A stretch of DNA of 64,000 nt, from positions 52,666,117-52,730,116 of the forward strand of contig JARDVH010000031.1 of the NCBI GenBank assembly GCA_030324005.1, given 5' to 3'. Made by a program: the position numbers and the translations under genes. Of this stretch, positions 38,201 through 50,200 are shown piece by piece. Position 1 is the stretch's first letter; each line of letters begins with the position of its first letter. The notes beneath the pieces were generated by a model. That model did no database searches. It saw nothing but the letters and a program-made list of their open reading frames with translations, and had not been told where the DNA came from. The stretch comes from Negaprion brevirostris (Eukaryota).

Positions 38201-41200
38201 CAAATTCCAAAGGAAACTTAAAACAATAATAATGTAATAATGTTGCTCACTAGCAATTAAATCTGCTGAACTCAGACTGCTACAGTGAGGTCTTAATCAA
38301 TGAAAACGAAGATTGATCAGGATGAAGCAATTTTATGGATGGAGTCTGAAGGGGTAAGCAAACATCTGCTTAATGTGCCATTGGGTGGCATAGTGACACA
38401 ATGATTAGCACTGTTGCCTTACAATACCAGGGATCCAGGTTCAATTCCGGTCTTGGGTGACTGTGTGGAATTTGGATGTTCTCCCTGTGCCTGTGTGGTT
38501 TTCCTCTGGGTGCTTCAGTTTCCTCCCACACTCCAAGGGTGTGTAGGTTAGGTTGACTGGCCATGCTAAATTGTCACTTACTGACAATGTATGCATTAGG
38601 CGGATTAGTGGGATAAATATGTGGGGTTACGGGATAGACCCTTGGTAGAATGCTTTGTTGGAGAGCCGGTGCAGATTTGATGGGCCAAATGACCTTTTCC
38701 TATACTGCAGAGATTCTATTCTAATTACCACAGAGCAAAAAGATGTATGTGGACAAACAGTTGTGGTCTGTTGTAGAGATAGTTCAGGCTGCTGAACAAA
38801 ATCAATTTCTACAACTGAGTTTTACTGTAAAGGCATTATACTGTAAAGTTACAGTGTAATTTTCTTAGTGAGAGGAAAGTATCAACCTCTGGAATGCCAG
38901 TGAAAGAACAAGATTATCAGGTCATATGCAATAGAAACAGAAAATGTGGGAAAGACTCAGCAGGTCTGGCAGCATCTGTGAAGAGAGAAACATAAACTGG
39001 AATTTCCGACTGTTCACGCCAGTGGGATTTTCCCATCCCTCTGCATTGAACAGAGATTTGCCTTGTCGCCAAATTCTCCATCTTTGCTGCAGCAGGAGTG
39101 AGGCATGAACAGATGGTAAGATCGCACCCATTGTTAACATTTCAAGTCCAATATGGCTCTTCTACAGAACTGAAGAGAAGTAGGAAAGTGATAGTTTTTC
39201 ATTGTTAACAATGCAAGAGAAGCAGCAGGTGGAGTAAAAGGAAAGGTCAGGGATATGTTAGAGGGTGAGACTAAATGACAAAGATGTCATTCAACAGCAT
39301 AAAGCCCATCACATTCCGACCTCCCTTCAGTTCCAAGGAAGAGTCNNNNNNNNNNTGTTTCTCTCTGTGCAGCTACTGATAGACTCACCTTGTTTTTCCA
39401 GAATTTTCTATTTTTATCGCTGATCTCCAGCATCCACAGTATTTTGTTTTTATTTCAGGTCATACAAAACCTGTCAGTCTAAGAAGGATTATTCAAGAGG
39501 GCAGGGGAAGAAGACAGCTATTCCTTAGATTGCAACTTTAAAGAGTACATTTTTTCCAGCTACTTTTTAGTACAAGTAATTAATTCCTAACTATTCTCAT
39601 TTGCATTGCATAGTTTAATGGGCCACATCCATTTATTTATCAAAAAGGGAGAGATTAGAGTATCAAATACATCAATTTGACATGTGAAACAATTGTAATT
39701 GTATTCAATCAGACATACAGTTTAGCCTTGAAATCAGAAACATGCCTGAAATCCCTTCAGGCATGTTTCTGCCACTTGGCATGAGTCCACTGAAAGGGCT
39801 GCAATTTCAGTCAGGCTCCAGGCATATTGGCTTGAGTTCAATGACATAATCTGGACTGATTATTCAATGTTGTGTTGAGAAGAGTTCTACGTTGTAGGCA
39901 ATGTCATTTTCAGATGAAATAAATCCATATCTACTTGCTGAGGTGGATGAAAGTGATCCCATAACAATATTTGAAGGAGAATGGTGTCTGTCCAACATTT
40001 ATACCTCAATCGGCAGCAGCAAAATAGAGGAATTAGTTATCTATCTAATTAGTAAACATTTGGGTTGGATTTTCTGGTACACTGATTGAATGCTAGGTTT
40101 CCTGGCAGGCATGTTTTTATGGATTTTTTTCGTTAAATATTTAATTCCTGCACTGTAAATACAATGTGACTGAAATTCTTAAAGAACTCTCAAATCCAGA
40201 TGTTCATCTCTGTTATATCATAACTGATGTATTAGGCTATAGAAGACTCTTACTTTTCTCCAGCTTAGTCCCTGTTTTTCTTTCATTTAATCACCATCCT
40301 AAGGCAGCAATAACATTCAGCTTTTACACAGCAGAACTCATACATTCCATCATGATGTTGCAATGCCCAAGGACAATGCAACAATTGAAGTGAGGCACTT
40401 AAAAGCTAGCCATATAAAACATCCTGTCACACATTCAGTTATTTGAGAAATAGATACCACATTCGTTTCACTTGTAGGTATGTACAAAATTTATCTCTGT
40501 GGCTTGAATGCTGATATAAATGTAAGAGGCTGCACACAGGCAACACGGTTATGGTTACAGAATTGAATGGTTCTGTCCTATTCATCGTGTAATTGCACTG
40601 CATTGCCAGCTTTTAAAGTTTCTTGGTCACCCCCGTTAGTTCTTTTCAGTTGACAGAAAAAGAGAAAGAAAGTTAAGGTACAAAATAAATTAACAATTTG
40701 TAAATAAAATTTGTCAAACTGCTATCTATGTGAATGGATCACACCTAAAGGAAAATTGGAAATTATAGGGCGCAATCCTGCATAGACATCTCCATATACT
40801 TCATCAAAATAAAGGGCAAGAGCTGTGCTTACCTCATATACTGTAAGAGTCTTAGCATTCAAAGGTCACATTCACAATGTCCGAAGGAAAGGCTGTCTAT
40901 ACAGATTCAGATATGCTTGGGCTATAATGGCTAAAAATATTTAAAACCTTACTGTTTGTATCATTTATTATAGCTTACGCGCAATCAGTAATTCTTAGGA
41001 TTACTGAGCTATGTTTTGTACCAATAAAGTTCCATTTTATTCCAATTAACATAAACTCATGACAAGCTGAAAGCTTGCTCTGCAATAGTGGGCAATGAAT
41101 TACCTTAGACAAATAAAAGATTAAATGACAAGTTTCAATTGTTGTGATTCATAGATCAAAGGTGAGTCACTTTGGAAGTGATCACTGTCGAAGTCTAGAT

Positions 41201-44200
41201 ATAACAAAAGCTCTTTGAAATAAATTACATTTAGCTGGGTGGCCATACTTAATTTTCAAGACTAAGGATTGCAAGCTAGGTCAGAGCCATGTTTAGATTG
41301 TGGTTACACTGCTTCAAAACATTTAGGTATAACAGCAAAAAAATCCCCTGTGTGTGTACCCAGGTTCACAGGCTCGCAGGCACAGGGCATATTGAAAAAT
41401 TAGATGCTTTCCTTGCATGTGCATTCTCCTGGCTTGATGATACTCACAATTTCCAAGCAATCTAATGTGCCTATACATTGTTCAGGAGACATTTCTCTTA
41501 ATTACTATAAGCTCTGTGTTTGTTTTAATTGAAGAGTTTTTTTTATTTGTCCATGGGATATGGGTGTCGATGGCTGGGCCAGCATTTAGAGCCCATCTCT
41601 GAGGACATTTAAGAGTCAACCACGTTGCACTGGGTCTGGAGTCACAAGTAAGCTAGATCAGGTAAGGATGACGGATTTCCTCCCCTAAAGGACATCAGTG
41701 AACCAGATGGGTTGTTACGACAATTGACGATGATTTCATGGTCATCATTAAACTTTTAATTCCAGATTTTCATTGAATTCAAATTTTACTATATGCCGAG
41801 GTAGGATTTGAACACACATCCCCAGAGCATTACCCTGGGTCTCTGAATTACTAGTCCAGCAACAATACCAATGCATTACTGCCTCTCCTGATTACAGATA
41901 ATTAGATTCTAATAAACCACCCATTGTACATTTTGATGTAAAAGTTATTTTAATGTCCAACTGTGAATCATTTCTCGGGGATTAAAAATAGTATAGGGCA
42001 CTGGGTATAGAAAATTAGAAAACAATAGCCTTTCACTGCCACAGCCTGAGCTTGAATTCAACCCAAAATGATCTGATGAAGGTCTCCTTTGCCAATTTGC
42101 AGTTGTATGGAGAATGATTTTGATCATCTGAACTTAATTCTTTTTTGTGGCCATGTGTCCACAAGACAAAATCTTTCCTAACTATGAACTAAATAGCAAC
42201 AAATTGGCAATCTCACAAAGTACACAGGATGGCTAGTGTAATAGAAAATGGCACTCAGTACAGTAGAGGGGTTTGATTCTGTGTTTGGTGTTAAAGCAAT
42301 TACAGTGTGGAATGAAGGGAACTTTATTATGCATCTAGCAAATGTTATAGAACTTACTGACACTCGCATGGGTTATCAGAATAGAAATACACTTAAATTC
42401 CACAAGTTAATGACTGTCATCCAAAACCCAAAGCACAAAGCAAAGTAATAAAAAATGAAATCAAATGAAGTCTAAAAAGAAGTAAATTCGTACTGTTTCA
42501 TTTACAATTTCCACCATTGTGCAAATAATTGATCTAAATTTAATGCTCAAATTACACTGGCACCTCAATAAACTCAAACTTCAGGAACTGCTCTTTTCAT
42601 GCCACACATTTCCTGATTTGCTATCAAAATTGCCAGGGAACATGTATTATGTCCACGTACATGTGGGCAGGCAAACTGTCAAATGATACAAATGTCTGAA
42701 GAACATCATCTAGAAAGTTTCAATAATTTCTTTCTTGGAGATATTGGATACACACATTAAATAGTCTCACAGCACCAGGTTAAAGTCCAACAGGTTTATT
42801 TGATAGCATGAGCTTTTGGAGTGCCGCTCCTTCATCAGCGGCGCTCCGAAAGCTCATGCTACCAAATAAACCTATTGGAATTTAACCTAGTGTTGTGAGA
42901 CTACTTACCGTGCCTACCCCAGTCCAACGCCAGCAATTCCACATCAATGTTGAGTACAAAAGACGTATTAGCTCTTCAATATAATCAGTTCCATAGGTTC
43001 AGGTGCAATTTTGTTTCTTTTTTTTTCAAATTTTTGGTTTCGTTGGTCTCCAGTCTACACAGAAGCACTTCAAGGCCTGCTACTCAAATCATTGACTACT
43101 CTGGTAAATTCCAGAAAGCCTGCATGACAAATGAAAATGAGCCTGAGGCTAAAAGATTGGCTAAAGTCAGGGGCACATCCTAATAGTGGGTAAATGTCAC
43201 ACAAAACCAAAAATTACATAGAAACAACAACAGAGGCAATTGATTTGACTCAACTGGTATCTTTGGGTGTTTATAACTCCACATAAGCTTCCTCCAATTC
43301 TAATTGCCACTTCCCAAACTCCCTTAAAAGCCTTGTCTCTAATGTGTGCACCAAAATTCCAAAGAAGTGGAAAATGCCAGTCTCTGTTTTTTCATTATCT
43401 TTCAAAATTGTGGGTATTCAATGCTGTTTCTGTACTAAAGAATCATATAGTAGTAATTCCTTATCCTTTATCAGATCGTAATTCTATTTGAAATGCAACT
43501 TCATCATTCTGCCTGCAGAAATTTTATTTAACCACATTGCTTATTCAGCACTGAAATTTTTGCAATTCTTTCAGTTATAACAGTGAAGTAAATTACCTGG
43601 TATATGTCCAGTTGCTCAGCTGTCACTGCAAAAATCAGCAGGATGTTATTTTCCACAAGTGTTTCGATTAGTTGCCCAAGTGAGGGATATTCCTACAGAT
43701 GTAAAGTAAAAGAAAAAAGGTAAAATAAAAATGTTTAAGGAATTGATAATGCAGCTGATCATTAGGCAAGTATACAAAAGTAATGGACAGAAAAAGACTC
43801 TCTGCTCCATCGAGCATGTCCCACATAATTGTGATGCCTCAGGTATTACAATAAATGCAGTCCCCACCCACCTGCAGTAATGTAATCCCTCAGAAANNNN
43901 NNNNNNNNNNNNNNNNNNNNNNNNNNNNNNNNNNNNNNNNNNNNNNNNNNNNNNNNNNNNNNNNNNNNNNNNNNNNNNNNNNNNNNNNNNNNNNNNGTAA
44001 TCCCTCAGAAAGACAAAAACTTAGATAAAAACTCAAACTAATTAGTAGAAAACATTCCTCTCCAGAACCCTTTAGGCAAACAAGTCTGAGAGATAACACT
44101 GGTCATGATTTACTTTACAGACATGTACCTCTTGCACAAGATAATCTCTGCCTGACCCAGGAACAGGTGCAGCTGTCCCTTGGAGAAATACAGGTAATTA

Positions 44201-47200
44201 ATGTTCACCACACAGGGTGACAACATGTTCACAGGTCGACTATTCTCTGGGAAAAGAAGAATCACCTTATTTCTAATCTAGTTCTAATCTTTATGTAATT
44301 TGCAAGCTGAACCTCTGGTCCTCCCTAACTTATTCATTTGAAATAATTGCTAAAGGTAAGCAGCAACAAAGCACAAAGAAAATTATAGCACAGGAACAGC
44401 CACTTTGGCCCTGCAAGCCTGCACCGACCGTGCTGCCCAACTGAACTCCCAGGGACCATATCGCTCTATTCCTATCCTATTCATATTTGTCAAGATGCCC
44501 CTTAAAAGTCACTATCGTATTTGCTTCCACTACCTCCCCCGGCAGCGAGTTCCTGGCACCCACCACGCTCTGTGTAAAATAAAAACACGCCTCGTACATC
44601 TCCTTTAAATCTTGCCCCTCGCACTCTAAACCTATACCCCCGAGTAATTGACTCTTCCATCTAAGAAAAAGCTTCTAACTATCCCCTCTGTCAATGCCCT
44701 TCATAATCTTGTAGACTTCTATCAGGTCCCCCCTCATGTCCCGCCATTCCAGTGAGAACAAACTAAATTTCTCCAATCTCTCCTCATAGCTCCTCATGCC
44801 CTCCATACCAGGCAACATCCTGGTAAATCTTTTTGTTAACCCTCTCCAAAGCCTCCATATCCTTTTGATAATGTGGTGACCAGAATTGAACACTATATTC
44901 CAATTGTGGCTTAACTAAGGTTCTATAAAGCTGCAACGTGATTGCCAATTTTTAAATTCAATGCCCTGACCGATGAAGACAAGCATGCCATATGCCTTTT
45001 TGACTACCTTCACCACCTTTGTTGCCACTTTCAGTGACCTGTGTACCAGTACCAGTGTACACAGGTCACTTGTACACCCAGATTCCTCTACCTATCAACA
45101 CTCCTCTTAAGAGTTCTGCCATTTACTATATATTTCCCATCTGTATTAGACCTTCCAAAATGCATTACCTCACACTTGTCCCGATTAAACTCCATCTGCC
45201 ATCTCTCCACCCAAGTCTCCAATTGATTTATATCCTGCTGTATCTTTTGACAGTCTTCATTGCTATCTGCAGTTCCACTGACAAACTTACTAATCAAACC
45301 AGTTACATTGCCTTCCAAATCATTTTTATATATTAGAAACAGCAAAGGTCCCAGCACTGATCCCTGAGGAACACCGCTAGTCATTGTCCTCCATTCAGAA
45401 ATGTCCCCTTCCACTGCTACCCACTGTCTTCTATTACCGAGCCAGTTCTGAATCCATTTTGCCAGCTCACCATCACAAGCCACCTCATTTACATAAACCT
45501 TAAGTTACCTTTTTTGATATATGTAAAGCCCCAACTCATTGAGTCTACCAGGGTAGCTAAAGTGTTCTAAACTGGGAATTGATTTTATGGGTACATTATT
45601 CTTGTGGCCATTCTCTGGATACACAAAACCACTCCCAACACAGCCTCAGGTTCCATTCTTAGATGCCATCCTTTTCCTCATCTACCATAACCAGCTATTC
45701 TCATTATTTGTAAGAATGGTATCAGTTTCCATTTGCATTTCTAGCAGAAGTTATTACAAAATACAGCAATAATCTGCTTAGAATATAAGAAAGCTGACAA
45801 TAGCTTTACCTCTCTGCTACCACCACTGACCCCATGACAGACAATAGGTGGAAGATTCCCATTTTTTCTTTCTAAACATTGTCTCAGGTGGGAAAAGCAG
45901 AGGGTGGCTCGCTAGCTGCCTTGCAGGGTTTTCCTGGTATAATTTCAAACAGTGAGGAAAAGAATTGTTAACAACATGTCCCGCATTCCAATTAAAAAAA
46001 GACATGTTCCTCAGCACACGGGACACCTCCCCATCCTGAGCCAGCATAAAAATGCAACTTGTCACAAAATACAGCAAAACTATATATAGTATATGAAAAG
46101 TCTAATCATGACTCATAATCATAGTTAATGAATATGAAACAAGTCACCTACACTTCTTAATTTTGACATTTTCCATTCTAAACTGAAAGAAAATAGTTTC
46201 TCCAAAATTTGGAGTCACATCAAAATAAGGAACAAGATATTTGGGACAGAAAGAAACTCAGCTCTGAGTCATAATATGTTTCCCAATGCCTGCTTGTCAC
46301 AAAAGCCATGATCAATGGTACCTGTGACGCAAAGCAACTTTTGAATGAGTCAAGAGTCTGTGTTTATTAAAGGTAGGCAGAGTTTTGCTTTTGGAATGAA
46401 CTTCGTTCAGTTTTCAGTTAAGTATTTTAGCTCTATTTAAAATTTGAAATCCAACTAAAAAGTTTTTGAAAATTTTTACACTTTTAATACTTCAACCAAT
46501 TCTTTATGACTGAAATCAAATATGCTGGTCCTAAATATTGAAAGACCTATGAGGTGTCTGTCTGAAAAACTGATTATTTTTGTGAAGGGAAAAGAAGCAG
46601 GTGAATGAGGTTGTAGCAGGACTTTATTGATTATATGAATATCAACAGATTTATCAAAATATATTGATCATCTCAAGTTAACCATGTCAGTTCTGCCCTC
46701 CAGTAAATATTTTGGGAACAATATACCACAACAATGCCTTTCAAACCATCTCTTATCTTTTTATTTGTAATGGATGGGTTAAAGGCTTGCTTGTTGGGCC
46801 TCTATTTGGAGTTATGAAGTGCACAGTAGATGATTCTCCCTTTTGCTTTATTTCTGTCCTTTAGGCTGCAATATTCATGCAAAAGTGCTATTCATAACAC
46901 TGGCAAAGAAGTAGTCTTAAAGGAACATTTGGTGCATGGTAGTCATGCCAGCATCAGTTTCTCTCCATTAAGTAAAGATGGACACTAAATCTGGTTCCTA
47001 TGCCACAATGTACCATTAGGTTTTGTTGTTTTTCAGAAAATTAGCAGGAGTGAACTTTGTTTGTTAGTATTTAACCATTTGGTAGCATCCACAATTGTGG
47101 AATTGTGTGAACTGGAATATTCAGTTCTTGGCAAACTAGATTGAAAAAATACCATTATCACAACTTAAAAAAATAATTTAAATTAATGTCTTATATATTT

Positions 47201-50200
47201 CAGCTTTGCTAAGAGTAAATAATTATGTTTTCAGGAAATGAGAGTGATTAAAATTAAACGTATGTTCAGAATATTTACCTGAAACCTAAGTAGCCCCCAA
47301 AAATTGACAAAGTTATTTTGCAGCCATTCCTTTTGGCTTTCAACAGAAACAATTTCATGTAAACAAAGCATTTAAACAAATATTTTATTTTACCATTGTT
47401 GTGGACTTGGCATATTTATTCTGGCTGTCTAAGTGGCATTTTCCATCATGAGGGATAACAATTCCAGCCAACTTGCTGTCCATTCCGAAGTGTGTATCAG
47501 CATCAGTCACAAATACCAACATGTGCAAGGAATCATTGCGCCAACCAATTCTTTCCTAAAATATAGATCATTTTTAATATTTCAACTACTTGTCTTTGGA
47601 CATTTTATCATTTCTTTTTGACTTTGCAGCAAAGCCTAATTTACCTTACAGACAGTTGCTTGTAATATTGCATCAAATCCTCCTTCAGGAGTATCCACAT
47701 TTGCAGAAATTTGTTGTTTTTGAACAACTTCATTAAATTTGGTAGTGTCCTCAGTCAACGATAGCATGTGTCTGTAACCAAATGTGGGCAAACAATATAC
47801 ATCGTGGCTCCTATTTAAAAGAAAGATAGGTTTCTAACTCTATGCACAATCAAATTCAGGGTGTAACAACTCTTGAGTTTGGAAAATATTGACCTCATGA
47901 AAAACACTGCAGCACAATTTTGCACATACAGCTCAAGGAAGCTTAATCATTTTTATCAGGAAAGGACAAATCCTCAAAATCAAAATTACATCAGTTTCTA
48001 TGGCATCCATTAATTTCAAAATTATTTTGAAATATTTTAAGTAATAACTGAGGTTCTAATTAAAGGTAAAAGATCCCTTACGCTATTCAAACTTTATACT
48101 ATTTCTAGAAAGAAGCATATGAGGTTATATACATGAAATAGTTTTTCAATGATAGCATTGACACATTCAATTTTGTAGAATCATAGAGTCCCTACAGGAA
48201 GGAGGCCATTTGGCCCATTGAGTCTGCACTGACCACAATACCATACAGGCCCTATTCCAATAAACTCAAGTATTTACCCTACTAATCCCCCTGACACTAG
48301 GGTCAACTTAGCATGGCCAATCAACCTAACGTGCACACCTTTGGATAGTGGGAGGAAACCGGAGCACCCGGAAGAAACCTACGCAAGCATGGGGAGAACG
48401 TGCAAACTCCATACAGACAATGATCCAAGGCTGGAATTGAACCCAGGTCTCTGGTGCTGTGAGGCAGCAGTGTTAACCACAGTGCTGCTCAATTCAATTT
48501 CTGTATTAAAATATTGGTTGGGATTTTTAAATTCATTCATGGGATGTGCGCATTGCTGGCTGGGCCAGCATTCATTGCCCATCCTGGAGGGCACTTAAGA
48601 GTCAACGATATTGCTGTGGGTCTGGAGTCACATGTAAGCCAGACCAGGTATGGATGACAGATTTCCTTCCCAGAAGGACATTAGTGAACCAGATGGGTTT
48701 TTATGACAATCAACAATGGATTCACAGTCACCGTTAACATTTAATTCCAGGTTTTTATTGAATTCAAATTTCACCATCTGCCATAGTGGAATTCAAACCC
48801 AGGTTCCCAGAGGATTACCCTGGGTCTCTGTATTACTGATCCAACGGCAACACCACTATACCACTGCCTCCCCAGAAACAGAAGCCTGAAATAAGGTTAT
48901 ACTTCAGGTGCTTTTTTGATACCAATTTCATCAGCAAAAGCAGAGATTTACATATGTGTCAGAATAAACATGCACTGAATTTTTTGTTACAAAACATAAT
49001 AAGAACAATTATTAGAATAACTCAATTTTGCCATCTGAACACTAGACTGGTCTTCTTGTCTACTGTTTGGTTGAGGTTACATTCATGCATTTAAATGTTA
49101 AAACAATGCAGGAAGTTATATCTGCACTGTTTGGTATTTTAATGTAATACAGAATTCCGGCAAAGGAAAGGACCCTCTCAACACATTTTTAATCCAATCT
49201 GACATTGCACGGAAGTGGTGTGAAATATTCCCTCAATAATTTTCACATCAATTGTCCAATCAAATCCTATGGATTTATACTGCAAGTTTAGCATTGCGAT
49301 CAGGTGCAAACCTCTTTGCATTGATGCTGAGGGAAAGGCACTCCATGACTGTCATTTTTTTATATAACTGCATTCTAATGCCAAAGTGATAAAACTTGTA
49401 TTGATCTGAAATGGGTAAATACTCAAAGACTAAATAGAATATGAACAAAAACTGCACAGTAACTTTGACTTGGAGTTAAGAATAAGTAATTTTATGAGAC
49501 TGACAATTGTTTCATTTTAAATTGATGTTAAATTATTATCCCTGCCTTGGAGGGGGGGCATCTGAAAAAGTAGTTTCATTTTGGGTTGGGTTTGACATAG
49601 GCCATCTTTAGCAAGAAAAATGATTATTCGTTATCAATTCACACCCTGAATTTCCTACACTTCCAGGCTTCTGAAACAGGCGTGATCATTCGACCTTCAT
49701 CATAACAATAATATAAATCACATACCAGCAGGGATTAACTAAATCACTCTTTGTCGTTTTGATATAAGGAGACATTGGCTTGTCTACGAACGTTCCAAAC
49801 CCCAGTTTAAAGTTACTGGTTAGATTGGCCATCTCTTTGGAGAGCGAAGAGCCCAGCTCTTTAATTTCATCCAAGTCATCAGTCATAGAGGCAGAAAGGT
49901 CCATTAGGTAGTAAAGATCAACTGGATAATCTTCAAACTGCCGCACATCCACTCCAAATGTCACCTGACTACCTATTAGAAAATTAGTTTGATCATATTA
50001 AAATTTGAAAACAAATATTTTGAGCTGTTGAGTATTTATATCGGAAAGACAAATGTGAACTCGTGCATGAAGTCTACTTGTATTGTATATATTCATAGAG
50101 TTTCAATCCTCAATCATTCTATTCCTTAATTAGGAGTCAAACGTAGATTGAGAGGGACCTCTGCATAAATAAACTAAATTCTGCATTTTTATCTTTGTGA

